In this document: piece by piece, positions 20,201-32,909 of the stretch
Position numbering within the stretch: the first letter of the stretch is position 1
Layout of the letters: every line of letters starts with the position of its first letter
From: Candidatus Eiseniibacteriota bacterium
Lineage (GTDB): Bacteria; Eisenbacteria; RBG-16-71-46
DNA: 64,000 nucleotides
Assembly: GCA_963725865.1 (NCBI GenBank)
Contig: CAVSAC010000010.1
Span: 992,001 to 1,056,000 of the forward strand
Direction of reading: 5' to 3'
Notes under the pieces: model-generated
Databases searched by the model: none
What the model was told of the DNA's origin: nothing
The model's input: the letters and a program-made list of their open reading frames with translations, nothing else
Translations under genes and position numbers: made by a program

Positions 20201-23200
20201 TAGTAGTTCTCCTGGGTGTCCAGGATGCCGTCGGGCGTCAGGTCCTCGGTGTCGGGCGTCGGATTGAGCTGCCGGTTGCCCTCGGTGCCGTTGGTGTTGC
20301 GCCAGCGTCGGGTGTCGAGGTCGTTGTAGTTGTCGTACGGCCGCGCGAAGTCGTCGCCCTGGGGATCGGCGTCGCTGGCGGTCGTGAGGTCGAGCTTCGG
20401 CGCGGTCTCGACCAGGTCCTCCCCGTGTGCGTCCTTCGAGTCGACCCGGCCGTCCACGCCGGTGTCCTCGTTGTTGCTCTCGGTCGCGCTCAGCTGGCCG
20501 TCGCGCTGGCCGTCGACCAGCTTGTCCTCGCTGTCGAGCGCTCCGTTCGGGAGCTCGCCCGGCGCCCGCATCTGATCCTCGCTCACCTTGCCGAGGTCGA
20601 GGTGGAGCTTCACGTGGTGCCCGCGCACGCGGTCGCGCAGCGCGATTCCGTGGCGGTCGTTCCAGTCGTTGACCCACAGCTCGATGAACTGCGCGCGCTG
20701 CAGGTCGAGCCCGGTGGGGTCGAGCAGGTAGGTCAGCGACACCCACAGCGAGTCGGTCGGATCGATCCGCGGATCGGCCGCTCCGGTGGGCCGCCGCGGC
20801 ACCGAGATCGCGAGCGCCTGGCGGTTGTTGTTGGCGCCCTGGGCGTCGGTGAGCGTGGGCTTGAGGTCCTTCTCCTTGATGCCGGTGGGCGGCAGGAACC
20901 AGTGCACCTCGGCGTTCAGCTGGTGCGTGATGTTCGTGAACTTCGTGATCGCGCCGTTGTCCAGGCGGCTCGGCACGCTGCCGATGTGCCAGCGCTCGGC
21001 GCCCATCGACAGCGAGACCGCGTCGCGCACGCCCTCCATGTCGTCGATGTACACCTCGTTGCGGGTGTTCGGGTTGGGGAACGACATGCCGCCCTCGGCC
21101 TGGATGCGCAGGTCGGAGGGCGCCGTGGTGCGCACGCCCGGCAGCCGGTCGGCGAGCCGCGTCACCCAGGTCGGATGGAAAGCCCAGTCGGTGTTGAGGT
21201 CGCCGATCAGGCTGCGCGAGGGCTCCTCGCCGAGGCGCGGCCTCAGGTCCTGCGCGCCGTGGCTCTCGTACAGGAACGCGCCGCCGAACGAACGGTCGCG
21301 CCCGTCGAGCCGGAACGCGCTGCCCAGCAGCGTGCGGCCCGCCTGCTGGAACAGCGGGGCGTACGAGTAGTCGATGTTCAGGTTGTCCGCCGCCCCCACC
21401 TGGCGCTTGAGGACGACGCGGCCGATGTCGTAGTCGATCGTGTAGTCGCGGTCGCGCACCAGCGGCTGGCCGTTGATGGTGACGACGTCGGAGCCCTCCA
21501 TGATGTTGCCGCGCCCGAGCTGGATCTCGCCGCCGGCCTTGGCCGCGGTGAAGTCGACGTCGATGTAGTAGAGGGCGTCTTCGTTGCGGTGCACGGTGTA
21601 CTTGTCGTAGATGAACGTGTTGGCGCCGTCGAGCGAGTCGCGATCGGCGACCAGCGAGTCGCGCCGTAGCAGAGAATGGCTGAGGAGTCGGTCGAAGATC
21701 TTGCCGTCCGCCTCCTTGAGCCGCGGCGCGAACGGGCGCAGGTCGGGCAGGAACAGCACGCCGTTCTCGTAGTCGACGAACACGTTGTAGGTGGCGCTCT
21801 GGTTGTCCTTCAGCGCGGTGCCGTCGATCGCCCCGTCGTGGCCGGCCACCGGGGTACCGCTCGTCTCGTTGAAGTTGTCGAGGCCCAGCAGCTCGACGTA
21901 CGGGATCGCCCCGCCCGGGCGGGGGACCGTGGTCTGGTATGGCTGGATCACGTCGCGGCGGATCGAGAGCTGGAAGGTCTTGGGATCGATCCGCGAGCCC
22001 GGCAGCTGGTAGAAGTTCTTCAGCTCCAGCTCGCGCACCGAGTCGAGCGGGCGGGTGGTGTCGTAGAACTCCGAGTTGGGGTCCTTGCCCAGCGCGAGGG
22101 CTGGGGGGCGCAGCAGCTTCAGCACCAGCGCGGAATCGGCCTCGTACAGCCCACCCACCTGGATGTCGTACGCGCCGACCGAGCCCGCCGGCCGCGCCGA
22201 ATAGCTGACCGCCAGTCGTTGCTCGTCGGTCAGCGGCTGCCGCATGCGCAGCACCTTGTAGTACGGCCCGTACACCTGGAGGATCTCGTAGTCGTCGGTC
22301 GGGTTCTTGAGCACGAACGAACCGTCGACCTTTGCGGTGTCGCCCGGGTAGGTGGCTCCGGAACCGCGGGTCGACGTAAGCCCGGCCCTTCACCGTGAAC
22401 GTGGCGTCGTTGTACGGGTTGGCGTCGTCGACGTAGACGCGGATGCTGGAGTCCGGGATGTCGAGCGAGCTTTCCTGGTTCGGGTCGTAGAGGAAGAAGT
22501 ACACGCCGCGAACGAAGTCGGCGTCGAGCAGCGTCTGCTGCTGTCGCGACGCGCCGCCGCCGTACGAGGCGCGCTCGCTGCGCCCTTCCTGCTTGCTCGC
22601 CAGCACCGTGAGATCGAGCGGCCCCACCCGGGTCGCCAGCTTGGCGCCGAACAGGCCCTCGTTCTTGCCCGAGTACGACACGTACTGGGTGCCGGGCAGC
22701 GTGAGGTTGGTGTTGCCGAGGTCGAGCGCCTGCACGACGTCGTCCTCGTCGCCCTTGTAGTTGATCGCGATGCGGTTGGCGAGCGGGATCTGGTTGGCGG
22801 AGTTCTGCAGCAGGTTGACCTTGATGCGATCGGAGAGCTGGCCCTCGAGGCGGATGTCGAGATCCTGCTGCATGTCGAGCGAGGGGAACAGCGAGCGCTT
22901 CTGGCCGAGCAGCCCGATCTGCTCGTTGGTCCAGTTGCTGGTGCCCGAGAGTCGGATGTTCTCGGAGCCCGACACGTTGATCGCCGGTCCGCCGGGTCCG
23001 AGCCACGACTGCATGCGCCGCGGCAGCGGCGACGGCAGCGCGAACGAGAGGCCTTGCGTGCGCTGCGCGGTGGTCCCTCCGCCGGCGACGTTGTTGATCA
23101 TGGTGCGCGAGCGCTCGCGCCAGGACTGGCGGAAGCCGCGGCGGTTCATCTCGCGCGCGAATTCGTTCACCGGCATGCGGGTGCCGGCTCCGAGCGACAC

Positions 23201-23479
23201 GTCTCCGAACTCGGTGGCCGCGGCGACCTCGCCGGAATCCGGGTCGAACGTCACCGCGAACTTCCGGGGATCGAACGTCAGCTTCAGGCTCGGGCCCCAG
23301 CCCGGGTGCAGCGGCAGCAGCTGGCCGGTGACGAGATCGGATTCGAGCGCGAGCCGGGACGCACTCTTCCAGGGCGGGGGCAGGGTGTCGACCGGCGCCT
23401 GGTTAACCGGCTTCTTAAGGCCAAAGCCCGGGAAGGCCAGCAGCAGGCCAAGGGCTGGCAGAGTCAGGGCGAGTAGCAT
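17206..23479 (-). CDS. sprA: Cell-surface protein SprA-like giant outer-membrane barrel (T9SS translocon homologue), frameshift at ~22367
   Basis: N-terminal part (YKGDEDDVVQALDLGN..LPG..GLFG.K) joins the 1702-aa C-terminal ORF (ELKNFY, DYTIDY..G, YIDDMEG, DTEDL..DG.LD, W..YRIP, terminal F). About 2090 aa in total. Confidence 0.8.
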
Positions 23480-23520
23480 CGTTTCGGCAGGAGGACCCTC
23501 AGGGAGCGAAAGGAGGCGCG

Positions 23521-23549
23521 ACCCTAGCAGCCCGCCTTCGGACGGTCAA
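23521..23549 (-). promoter_or_regulatory. sigma70 promoter of sprA
   Basis: TTGACC-17 nt-TAGGGT. Confidence 0.55.
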
Positions 23550-23593
23550 AGCCTTGGGCGGCTTCCTGTTCGCTCCTTCCCCGGCGCCTGGGG

Positions 23594-23795
23594 TAGGCTG
23601 CGGGCCATGCCCATCCCTCGTACCTACCTCCTTCGCCTGCATCTGGTTCCTTTCCTGATCGGCCGCGGGACGGTGGGCTTGAGAGGCTTCCGGGCGGGCG
23701 GCTCGCTTCCCAGCCTCGCACCGCTGGCGGCCGCGACCCCTGCGCGGGCTCCGGGTGCTGCGTCGCCATGGCCCGCGCGTCGGGCCATGCGTTAG
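23594..23795 (+). pseudogene. Degenerate duplicate of the lptF -10 box and 5' coding end (62-codon ORF, 23607-23795)
   Basis: MPIPRTYLLRLHLVPFLIG versus LptF MSILRAYVLRLHVVPFLLG. Both are preceded by TAGGCT-7 nt-start codon. Confidence 0.6.
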
Positions 23796-23805
23796 GCTGC
23801 CGCGC

Positions 23806-25176
23806 GTGTCCATCCTGCGTGCCTACGTGCTCCGGCTCCACGTGGTCCCGTTCCTGCTGGGATTCGGCGTGGTGACCTTCATCCTCGAGATGGACGTGAT
23901 GTTCGACTATCTCGACCTGCTGGTGAACCGCGGGGTGGCCCCGCTGATCGTGGGCCAGTTGTTCCTGCTCTCGCTGGGCTACATCGTGGCGCTGAGCGTG
24001 CCGTGCGCGGTGCTGGTGGCGGCCCTGATGACGTTCGGCCGACTGTCGCAGGACAACGAGATCACCGCGCTGCGCGCGAGCGGTGTGAACCTGCTGCGGA
24101 TCCTGGCCGGACCGCTGGTCGCCGCAGGGTTGCTCGCGGTCGGACTCACGCTGTTCAACAACCACGTGCTGCCCGAGTCCAACCACTCGCTCGCGAATCT
24201 GCTCATCGACATCGGGCGCATGCGGCCGACCGCGAAGCTCCAGGAGGGGGTGTTCATCACCGACTTCCCCGGGTACAACCTGCTGGTGCAGTCGGTGAAC
24301 GGACGCACCAACGAACTGCGCGGCGTGACCATCTACCAGTCCACGCCCGGCGGCCCGCCGCGCACCATCCTGGCCAAGCGCGGGCGCCTGTCGTACACGC
24401 CGGATGGGCGCGACGCCTCGCTCGAGCTGAAGGACGGCGAGATCCACGAGGTGGTGGCCGACGAGCAGGGGTCGCGGCGCTACCACCGGATGGTGTTCAA
24501 GACCCAGGTCATCCACATCCTCGGCGCCGGCGGCATGCTCGAGCGCACCGTGCGCGACCAGCGCAGCGACCGCGAGATGAGCGCGCGCGACCTGCTGCTC
24601 GAGCGCCAGCGCGTCATGGAGCAGTACCGGGGCGCGTTCGAGTCGCGCGCGCAGCACCTGCGCGAGGCGGGCTTGCCGGAGCGGGCCCTCGCGGTGCTGT
24701 CGCCCGACCTGCTGCCGCTGGGGCAGCGGATCGCGCTGGCGTTCGGCGGGCGGCTGGGGCGCCGCGACTCCACGCTCCAGCGGGCGATGGGCACCCCGCT
24801 GATGAAGACCGAGGTGGAGCTGTGGAGCCTCGAGAGTCACGCGCTCAGCCGCCGGCTGGCCGGACTTTCGGTCGAGATCCACAAGAAGTTCTCGCTGCCC
24901 GCCGCGTGCGTGGTGTTCATGCTCATCGGCGCGCCGCTCGGGATGCGGGTGCGCCGCGCGGGCCCGGCGGTCGCGTTCGTCTCGGTGCTGTTCTTCCTCT
25001 TCTACTACCTGTGCCTGATCGGCGGCGAGGAGCTCGCCAACCGGCTGCTGCTGGCGCCGTGGCTCGCGATGTGGCTGCCGAACCTGGTGCTCGGGCTGTG
25101 GGGCGTCCACGCGACGCTGCGCGCCTGCGACCTGGGTGGGCTGCTGCCGCGCCGGATGCCGAGAGCGGCCGCGTGA
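23806..25176 (+). CDS. lptF: LPS export ABC transporter permease, LptF-type
   Basis: GRLSQDNEITALRASG, EIHKKFSLP, IGAPLG, AMWLPN. Confidence 0.9.
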   Translation: MSILRAYVLRLHVVPFLLGFGVVTFILEMDVMFDYLDLLVNRGVAPLIVGQLFLLSLGYIVALSVPCAVLVAALMTFGRLSQDNEITALRASGVNLLRILAGPLVAAGLLAVGLTLFNNHVLPESNHSLANLLIDIGRMRPTAKLQEGVFITDFPGYNLLVQSVNGRTNELRGVTIYQSTPGGPPRTILAKRGRLSYTPDGRDASLELKDGEIHEVVADEQGSRRYHRMVFKTQVIHILGAGGMLERTVRDQRSDREMSARDLLLERQRVMEQYRGAFESRAQHLREAGLPERALAVLSPDLLPLGQRIALAFGGRLGRRDSTLQRAMGTPLMKTEVELWSLESHALSRRLAGLSVEIHKKFSLPAACVVFMLIGAPLGMRVRRAGPAVAFVSVLFFLFYYLCLIGGEELANRLLLAPWLAMWLPNLVLGLWGVHATLRACDLGGLLPRRMPRAAA

Positions 25177-26252
25177 GGATCCTCGACCGCTACGTGCTCC
25201 GCGAGTTCGCCGGCTATCTGATGCTGGGCCTCGCGGGGTTCATCACGATCTTCGTGGTGGTGGACATCTTCGAGAAGATCGACGTGTTCCTCGACCACCG
25301 CGCGCCGGCGCTGCTGATCGCGCGCTTCTACCTCTACCGCGCTCCCGAGGTGGTGGTGCAGGTGCTGCCGGTCGCGCTGCTGCTCGCCACGTTCCTCGCG
25401 CTGGGGCAGCTCAACAAGTTCGGCGAGCTGACCGCGATGCGCGCCACCGGACTGTCGCTGCTGCGGCTGCTGCGCCCGGTGTTCGGAGTCGCACTGCTGG
25501 CGGTCGCGGTCGCGTTCCTGCTGAGCGAGCGCGTGGTGCCCAGTGCCAACCGCGAGCGCGACGCGATCTACGAGCGTCAGATCCAGGGCGTACGGCGCGA
25601 AAACGTCAGCGAGCGCGCGGACGTGACCTACCTGGGTGAGGGCGGACGCATCTTCTACATGCGGCTGTACCTCGTGAAGGAGCAGCGCATGCACGAGGTG
25701 TCGGTGCAGGAATTCCGCGCCGGCACCCTGACGCGCCGCATCGACGCCGCCGAGGCCACGTGGGTCGGGGGGCGCTGGGTGTTCGCCTCGGGGGTGACGC
25801 GCACGTTCGAAGGCAGCCGCGAGGAGGCGAAGCCGTTCGAGCGGCTCGCGGTGACCGGGCTCGCCGAACGCCCCGAGGACTTCGCCAAGGAGTCGCGCAA
25901 CCCGGCCGAGATGGACTTCGGCGAGCTGCAGGCCTACGTCGCGAAGCTGCGCGCGAGCGGCGCGCGGGTGACGAACTACCTCGTCGACCTCCACCTCAAG
26001 CTCGCGTTCCCGCTCGTGAACCTGATCGTGGTGCTGATCGGCGCGTCGCTCGCGACCCGCCTGCGAATGCAGGGCGCGGCCCTCGGCTTCGGGCTGTCGG
26101 TGGCGATCGCGTTCCTGTACTACGCCATCCTGCGTGCCGGGCAGGCGCTCGGCCACAATGGCGCGGTCCCGCCGTATCTCGCGGCGTGGGCCGCCGACCT
26201 GTTGTTCGGGAGCGTGGGCCTCGTGATGCTCGGGTCGGCGCAGCGGCGCTGA
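25173..26252 (+). CDS. lptG: LPS export ABC transporter permease, LptG-type
   Basis: RILDRYV, GELTAMRATG, KLAFP, PYLAAW. GTGA overlap with lptF. Confidence 0.9.
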   Translation: MRILDRYVLREFAGYLMLGLAGFITIFVVVDIFEKIDVFLDHRAPALLIARFYLYRAPEVVVQVLPVALLLATFLALGQLNKFGELTAMRATGLSLLRLLRPVFGVALLAVAVAFLLSERVVPSANRERDAIYERQIQGVRRENVSERADVTYLGEGGRIFYMRLYLVKEQRMHEVSVQEFRAGTLTRRIDAAEATWVGGRWVFASGVTRTFEGSREEAKPFERLAVTGLAERPEDFAKESRNPAEMDFGELQAYVAKLRASGARVTNYLVDLHLKLAFPLVNLIVVLIGASLATRLRMQGAALGFGLSVAIAFLYYAILRAGQALGHNGAVPPYLAAWAADLLFGSVGLVMLGSAQRR

Positions 26253-26256
26253 CCGC

Positions 26257-26940
26257 TCACACGTCGAACGCGCGCGGCAGGGAGTCGAGCGCGCCGCAGC
26301 GTTCCACGTCGGCGGCGAACGTCGCGCCGAGCGAACGCAGGTAGCGCCCGTGCTCGCAGCCCCGCACCAGCGCGCGGGCGGCCGCCGCATCGGCGGGCGC
26401 CAGTCGCCGGGCGAGTCGGGCCGCGGGCCCCACCAGCGTGGCGCCGCCGTCCGCCAGGCGCGTGCACAGCGCGCCGGCGCAGGCGGCGTCCTCGAGCGCG
26501 AAGCGACCCTCCTTGCCGGCGCACACCACCACCACCTCGGCCTCGCCCGCCAGCGCGGCCGCCGCGGCGCTCACGTTGATCAGCGCCACCAGCACCCGGC
26601 GACGCGCCGCGCGCGCGCGCAGCAGCGCCTGCGAGCCGTTGGTGGAGGCGAACACGAGCGTCCGCCCGCGCACCGCATCGTCGCGGTACTCGTCGGGCGA
26701 GTTCCCGCGGTCGAAGCCGGCCACGATGCGCCCGTCGCGCTCCCCGCACGCCCACGCCGCGGGCAGCGTGGCGCGCCGCGCGAGCGCCTCGGCCGGGGTG
26801 GCGACGGCGATCACGCGCGCCGCGCCGGCGTCGAGCGCGACGGTGAGCGTGGTGGTGGCTCGCAGCACGTCGACGATCGCGGCGGCGGCACCGGCGGGGA
26901 CGTCCGGCGGACCGGGCGTGAAGCACACCGAGACGCGCAT
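26257..26940 (-). CDS. comB: 2-phosphosulfolactate phosphatase family protein
   Basis: VDVLRATTT, GERDG, GNSP, STNG, LEDAACAG. Confidence 0.9.
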   Translation of the reverse strand: MRVSVCFTPGPPDVPAGAAAAIVDVLRATTTLTVALDAGAARVIAVATPAEALARRATLPAAWACGERDGRIVAGFDRGNSPDEYRDDAVRGRTLVFASTNGSQALLRARAARRRVLVALINVSAAAAALAGEAEVVVVCAGKEGRFALEDAACAGALCTRLADGGATLVGPAARLARRLAPADAAAARALVRGCEHGRYLRSLGATFAADVERCGALDSLPRAFDV

Positions 26941-26944
26941 GGCG

Positions 26945-28312
<1,368 letters not shown>

Positions 28313-28369
28313 GCTCCCCGCGAGGCGTGCGACGGGGCGCGCGGCGGCTCCGCGCACCCCGCGCCGCGT

Positions 28370-29527
28370 CTATTCGTGGAAGGACCCGCCCGGACGACCG
28401 CTGGCGCCCAGGGTTTCGGTGTCGGCCGAGTCCACCGGCTGCCACAAGCGGTCCGACGTGGCGGAGATGCCCTTGAGCTTGAGGCTCAGCTCGTTCGGGT
28501 TGTTGCAGTTCTTGAGCGCCTCTTCCTCGGTGATGAGGCCGTCACGCAGCAGCGTGAGCACCGACTGGTCGAACGTCTGCATGCCGTACTGCGTCACGCC
28601 CTCGGCCACCACCTGGTGGATGAACGGCGTCTTCTCCGGGTTCATGATGTACTCGCGCAGCGTCGGGGTGCTCACCATGACCTCGCAGCCGGGCACGCGC
28701 CCGGCGCCGTCGAGCCGCGGAATGAGGCGCTGCGAGATGACCGCGCGCAGGTTCGCCGACATCGACAGCCGCACCTCGTCGTGCTGGTGCGGCGGGTAGA
28801 ACGAGATGATGCGCTGCAGCGTCTGGACCACGTCGGTCGTGTGCAGCGTCGAGAGCACGAGGTGGCCCGTGTCGGCCGCCATCAGCGCGGTGCTCATGGT
28901 CTCGAGGTCGCGGATCTCGCCGACCAGGATGATGTCGGGGTCCTGGCGCAGCACGTACTTGAGCCCGTCGTTGAACGAGCGGGTATCGAGCCCCACCTCG
29001 CGCTGGTGGATGAACGACATGCGGTCGCGGTGCAGGAACTCGATCGGATCCTCGACCGTGATGATGTTGCGCGTCGTCACGCGGTTGAGCGCGTCGACCA
29101 TCGCGGCCAGCGTCGTGGACTTGCCGGAACCGGTGCGCCCGGTCACCAGGACGAGACCGCGCGGCGAGAACGCCAGCTCGCGCACGACCGGCGGCAGGTG
29201 CAGGTCCTCGATGCTCGGCACCTCGACCGGCACGTGGCGAAGCGCGAGGGCGGGGGTGCCGCGCTGCATGAAGACGTTGGCGCGGAAGCGCGCGAGGCCC
29301 GAGACGCCGAACGCGAAGTCGATCTCGTTGTGAGTCGAGAAGTACGCGCGCTGCTCCTCGTTGAGGAGCTGCTCCGCGACATCCTTCAGGTCCTTGGCGG
29401 ACGGCGGCGGATCGTCGAGCGTGTAGAGCACGCCGTCCACGCGCACGACCGGCGGCGTGCCGGCTTTCAGGTGCAGGTCGCTGGCATGGGCCGCGATCAT
29501 CTTCTCGAGCACGCTTCGGATGTTCAT
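28370..29527 (-). CDS. pilT: Type IV pilus retraction ATPase, PilT/PilU family
   Basis: ASDLHL, GRTGSGKSTT, EDPIE, LRQDPD..GEIRD, GHLVLSTLHT, GMQTFDQ. Confidence 0.92.
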   Translation of the reverse strand: MNIRSVLEKMIAAHASDLHLKAGTPPVVRVDGVLYTLDDPPPSAKDLKDVAEQLLNEEQRAYFSTHNEIDFAFGVSGLARFRANVFMQRGTPALALRHVPVEVPSIEDLHLPPVVRELAFSPRGLVLVTGRTGSGKSTTLAAMVDALNRVTTRNIITVEDPIEFLHRDRMSFIHQREVGLDTRSFNDGLKYVLRQDPDIILVGEIRDLETMSTALMAADTGHLVLSTLHTTDVVQTLQRIISFYPPHQHDEVRLSMSANLRAVISQRLIPRLDGAGRVPGCEVMVSTPTLREYIMNPEKTPFIHQVVAEGVTQYGMQTFDQSVLTLLRDGLITEEEALKNCNNPNELSLKLKGISATSDRLWQPVDSADTETLGASGRPGGSFHE

Positions 29528-29558
29528 CCCATACCCCCGGGCGCGGCGCTGCCGCGGA

Positions 29559-30096
<538 letters not shown>

Positions 30097-30113
<17 letters not shown>

Positions 30114-30546
30114 GGCCGAGGCGCGCCGTCATGGCGCGCAGCGCGAGGGTGTAGGAGTCCGCTCCGAAGCCCTGCACGACGCCGACGGCGGCGCCGGAGA
30201 TGAGCGAGAGATGACGGAAGGATTCGCGCGTCTGCGGATTGGACACGTGGACCTCGATCACGGGCAGACCCGCCGCGAGCACGGCATCTCGAAGCGCGAC
30301 ACTCGTATGGGTCAGCCCCCCGGGATTGAGCAACACGCCGTGGAAACGTCCGCGTGCACTGTGGAGGACGTCGATGAGCACGCCCTCATGGTTGCTCTGG
30401 CGGCACTCCACCTCGCATCCGAGTTCCGCGGCCAGGCTGGTCAGCCGGCGGTCGATCTCGTCCAGCGTGGTGGATCCGTAGACGTCCGGCTCGCGAGTAC
30501 CGAGCAGGTTCAGGTTCGGGCCGTGGAGAACCAGGATGCGATGCAT
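30097..30546 (-). CDS. aroQ: Type II 3-dehydroquinate dehydratase
   Basis: [28 protein letters not shown]. Confidence 0.96.
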
Positions 30547-30551
30547 ACGGG

Positions 30552-31658
30552 TCAGGTCCGGGCTCCGACTTCGAGCAGGACCGCCCGCACGAGGCGGCCC
30601 GATATCAAGCGCGGCACGCTAGCAGAGCCCATCCGGGGGGTCAACACCCAGCGCACCCCACGGGGCGCACGCTTCTTGTCGCGCGCCATGTGCGCCGCCA
30701 GCCGCGCCAGCCGTATCGGCGGCATGCGCTTCGGCAGTCCGATCGCGTCGAGCAGCGCCACCAGTCGCGCGCGCTCGCCCGCCGGCAGCCCGGCCATCCG
30801 CTCCGAGAGCGCGGCCGCGGCGCGCAGGCCGATCGCCACCGCCTCGCCGTGCAGGAGGCCGCGGTAGCCGAGCGCCGCCTCAATCGCGTGACCCAGCGTA
30901 TGCCCCAGGTTGAGCGCGGTGCGCCCGCCGCCGTCGCGCTCGCGCTCGTCGGCGCGCACCACCGCCGCTTTGGCGAGGATCGCCCGCCGCACCGCGCCGG
31001 CCAGTGCCGCCGGTTCGCCGGCGGCGAGCGCGTCCGCGCGCGCTTCGCACCAGCGGAACAGCGCGGCATCGACGCCGAAGCCCATCTTCACCACCTCGGC
31101 GAGCCCGGCGCGCCGGTGACGCGCGGGCAGCGTTGCGAGCACCCGCGGATCCACCAGCACGCCCGCCGGCTGATGGAACGCGCCCGCCAGGTTCTTGCCC
31201 GCAGCCAGGTCGATGCCGGTCTTGCCACCGACGCTGCTGTCCACCTGGGCGAGCAAGGTGGTCGGCACGCCGATCCAGTCGACACCGCGCAGGTAGCTGG
31301 CGGCCGCGAAGCCCGCGAGGTCGCCGACGACTCCGCCCCCCAGGGCGACCACCGCGCCATCGCGGGGCAGCTCCGCCTCCGCAAACGCCTCCCACAGCCG
31401 CGCCAGGCGATCGGCGCGCTTGCTGCGCTCCCCCACCGGCACCTCGAGCACGTGGACGGCGAAGCCGCCGTGCACGAGCGATCGGCGGGCACGGCCACCG
31501 TAGAGCCAGCCGACTCGGGTGTCGGTCACCACCACCACGCGCCGGGCCCGCGACACCCGGCGCACGAAGGCACCCAGGCCATCGAGCGCGCCGGCGGCGA
31601 TGCGGACGCGGCTGGCGGCACGGTGCGGCGGATAGCGGAGGATCAGGTCGGACGGCAC
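30552..31658 (-). CDS. aroB: 3-dehydroquinate synthase
   Basis: GGGVVGDLAGF, PTTLLAQVDSSVGGKT, LNLGHTLGHAIE, HGEAV. Confidence 0.95.
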   Translation of the reverse strand: MPSDLILRYPPHRAASRVRIAAGALDGLGAFVRRVSRARRVVVVTDTRVGWLYGGRARRSLVHGGFAVHVLEVPVGERSKRADRLARLWEAFAEAELPRDGAVVALGGGVVGDLAGFAAASYLRGVDWIGVPTTLLAQVDSSVGGKTGIDLAAGKNLAGAFHQPAGVLVDPRVLATLPARHRRAGLAEVVKMGFGVDAALFRWCEARADALAAGEPAALAGAVRRAILAKAAVVRADERERDGGGRTALNLGHTLGHAIEAALGYRGLLHGEAVAIGLRAAAALSERMAGLPAGERARLVALLDAIGLPKRMPPIRLARLAAHMARDKKRAPRGVRWVLTPRMGSASVPRLISGRLVRAVLLEVGART

Positions 31659-31702
31659 GGCGCGCAGTCTAGGCGGGACCGCGCGTGGCGTCGAGGCGCG
31701 GC

Positions 31703-32899
31703 TCAGCGCACTGGACCGGGCGTCTCGCCGCGCAGCCGTGCGAGCTCGCCGCGCAGCCGCTCGATCTCGTGCTCGAGCTGGCCGATGCGCGCGGCGGACG
31801 CGGCCGGTGCCGGGTTCGTGGCCTTCGTGACCACCCACTCGGGCTGGGCGTTGGGCGATTCGCCGAGCGGTGCCCGCGCGGTCTGCCGGACCTCGCTGCG
31901 CACCCACACGATCTCCACCGGCGTCCCCGGTCGCGAGGCGGTCACCCAGCGGCCGAGCTGCTCGGGATATTCGACGCGCTCGCTCTCGAAGGCCACCACC
32001 AAGTCGCCGGGTTTGAGCCCCGCGCGCTCCGCGGGACTTCCGGGGGCGACCGACTCGACCAGCGCACCGATCGGGATCCGCAGCCCCTTCTCCACGCTGC
32101 TCTCCACGAAGGCGGCGCGCGAGGCGATGCCGAGCCAGCCGTGGCGGACGCGGCCGAGGCGGCGCAGGTCGTCCCACGCGACCCGCACGTTCTCGATCGG
32201 CAGCATCAGCGAATTGGCGCCCGGACGGCGCTCGAACTCCGAGCCGCTCAGCGCCCCCAGCTCGCCCAGCACGATGCCGACCAGCTCGCCGCGCGCGTTC
32301 AGAACGGGACCGCCGCTGTTGCCGGGATAGACCGTGTTCGTGAGCTGGAACATCGTGAGCCCGGGTTCCACGTGGCGGTCCACGACCTGTCCCACCGACT
32401 GGGTCGGCTCGCGCCGGAACGAAGTGCCGAGCGCGATCGCCCAGTCGCCCGCCTGCGGAGGCCGTTCGGTGGCGAGCGGCAGTGGCGGGAGGCGCAGGTC
32501 CGGCACCCGCAGGTAGGCGAGGTTGAGGATCAGGTCGAAGCCGACCAGCCGAGCCTCGACCTCGATGCCGTTCGAGGTGCGGACGAACACGCGGCGCGCG
32601 CCCTGGACCACGCTCGCGGTGGTGAGGATCGCGCTCTCCTCGATCGCGACCCCGGAGCCCACGCGCAGTCGCGGGGGTGCGGCGGCGCCCGCGCGGGAGC
32701 TGGCGCGCGCGGGTGGCATCTCGGCGACCACCGAGACCACCGACGGACGGGCGCGCTGCGCCAGCTGGTCCACGTCCGTCTGAAGGGCGGAAAGCGTGCC
32801 CTGGGCCCACGACGGGGGCGCGCCCGCCGCCCATGCGAGTCCGCACGCCACCAACAGGAGGCGTGCGGCACTCCGAGGACGAGCGGTCCAGGGCATCAT
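31703..32899 (-). CDS. HtrA/DegP-like trypsin + PDZ protein with a degenerate catalytic triad
   Basis: Signal peptide, GSGV, ILTTASVV, PGNSGGP, PDZ (GWLGI, SPAERAGL), C-terminal coiled coil. Confidence 0.85.
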   Translation of the reverse strand: MMPWTARPRSAARLLLVACGLAWAAGAPPSWAQGTLSALQTDVDQLAQRARPSVVSVVAEMPPARASSRAGAAAPPRLRVGSGVAIEESAILTTASVVQGARRVFVRTSNGIEVEARLVGFDLILNLAYLRVPDLRLPPLPLATERPPQAGDWAIALGTSFRREPTQSVGQVVDRHVEPGLTMFQLTNTVYPGNSGGPVLNARGELVGIVLGELGALSGSEFERRPGANSLMLPIENVRVAWDDLRRLGRVRHGWLGIASRAAFVESSVEKGLRIPIGALVESVAPGSPAERAGLKPGDLVVAFESERVEYPEQLGRWVTASRPGTPVEIVWVRSEVRQTARAPLGESPNAQPEWVVTKATNPAPAASAARIGQLEHEIERLRGELARLRGETPGPVR

Positions 32900-32909
32900 G
32901 CGACCTCGC

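Noticed and set aside
22340..22380. sprA split as a real pseudogene or programmed frameshift
   Set aside because: Both halves are intact with normal codon bias and no slippery site; most likely a single sequencing indel.
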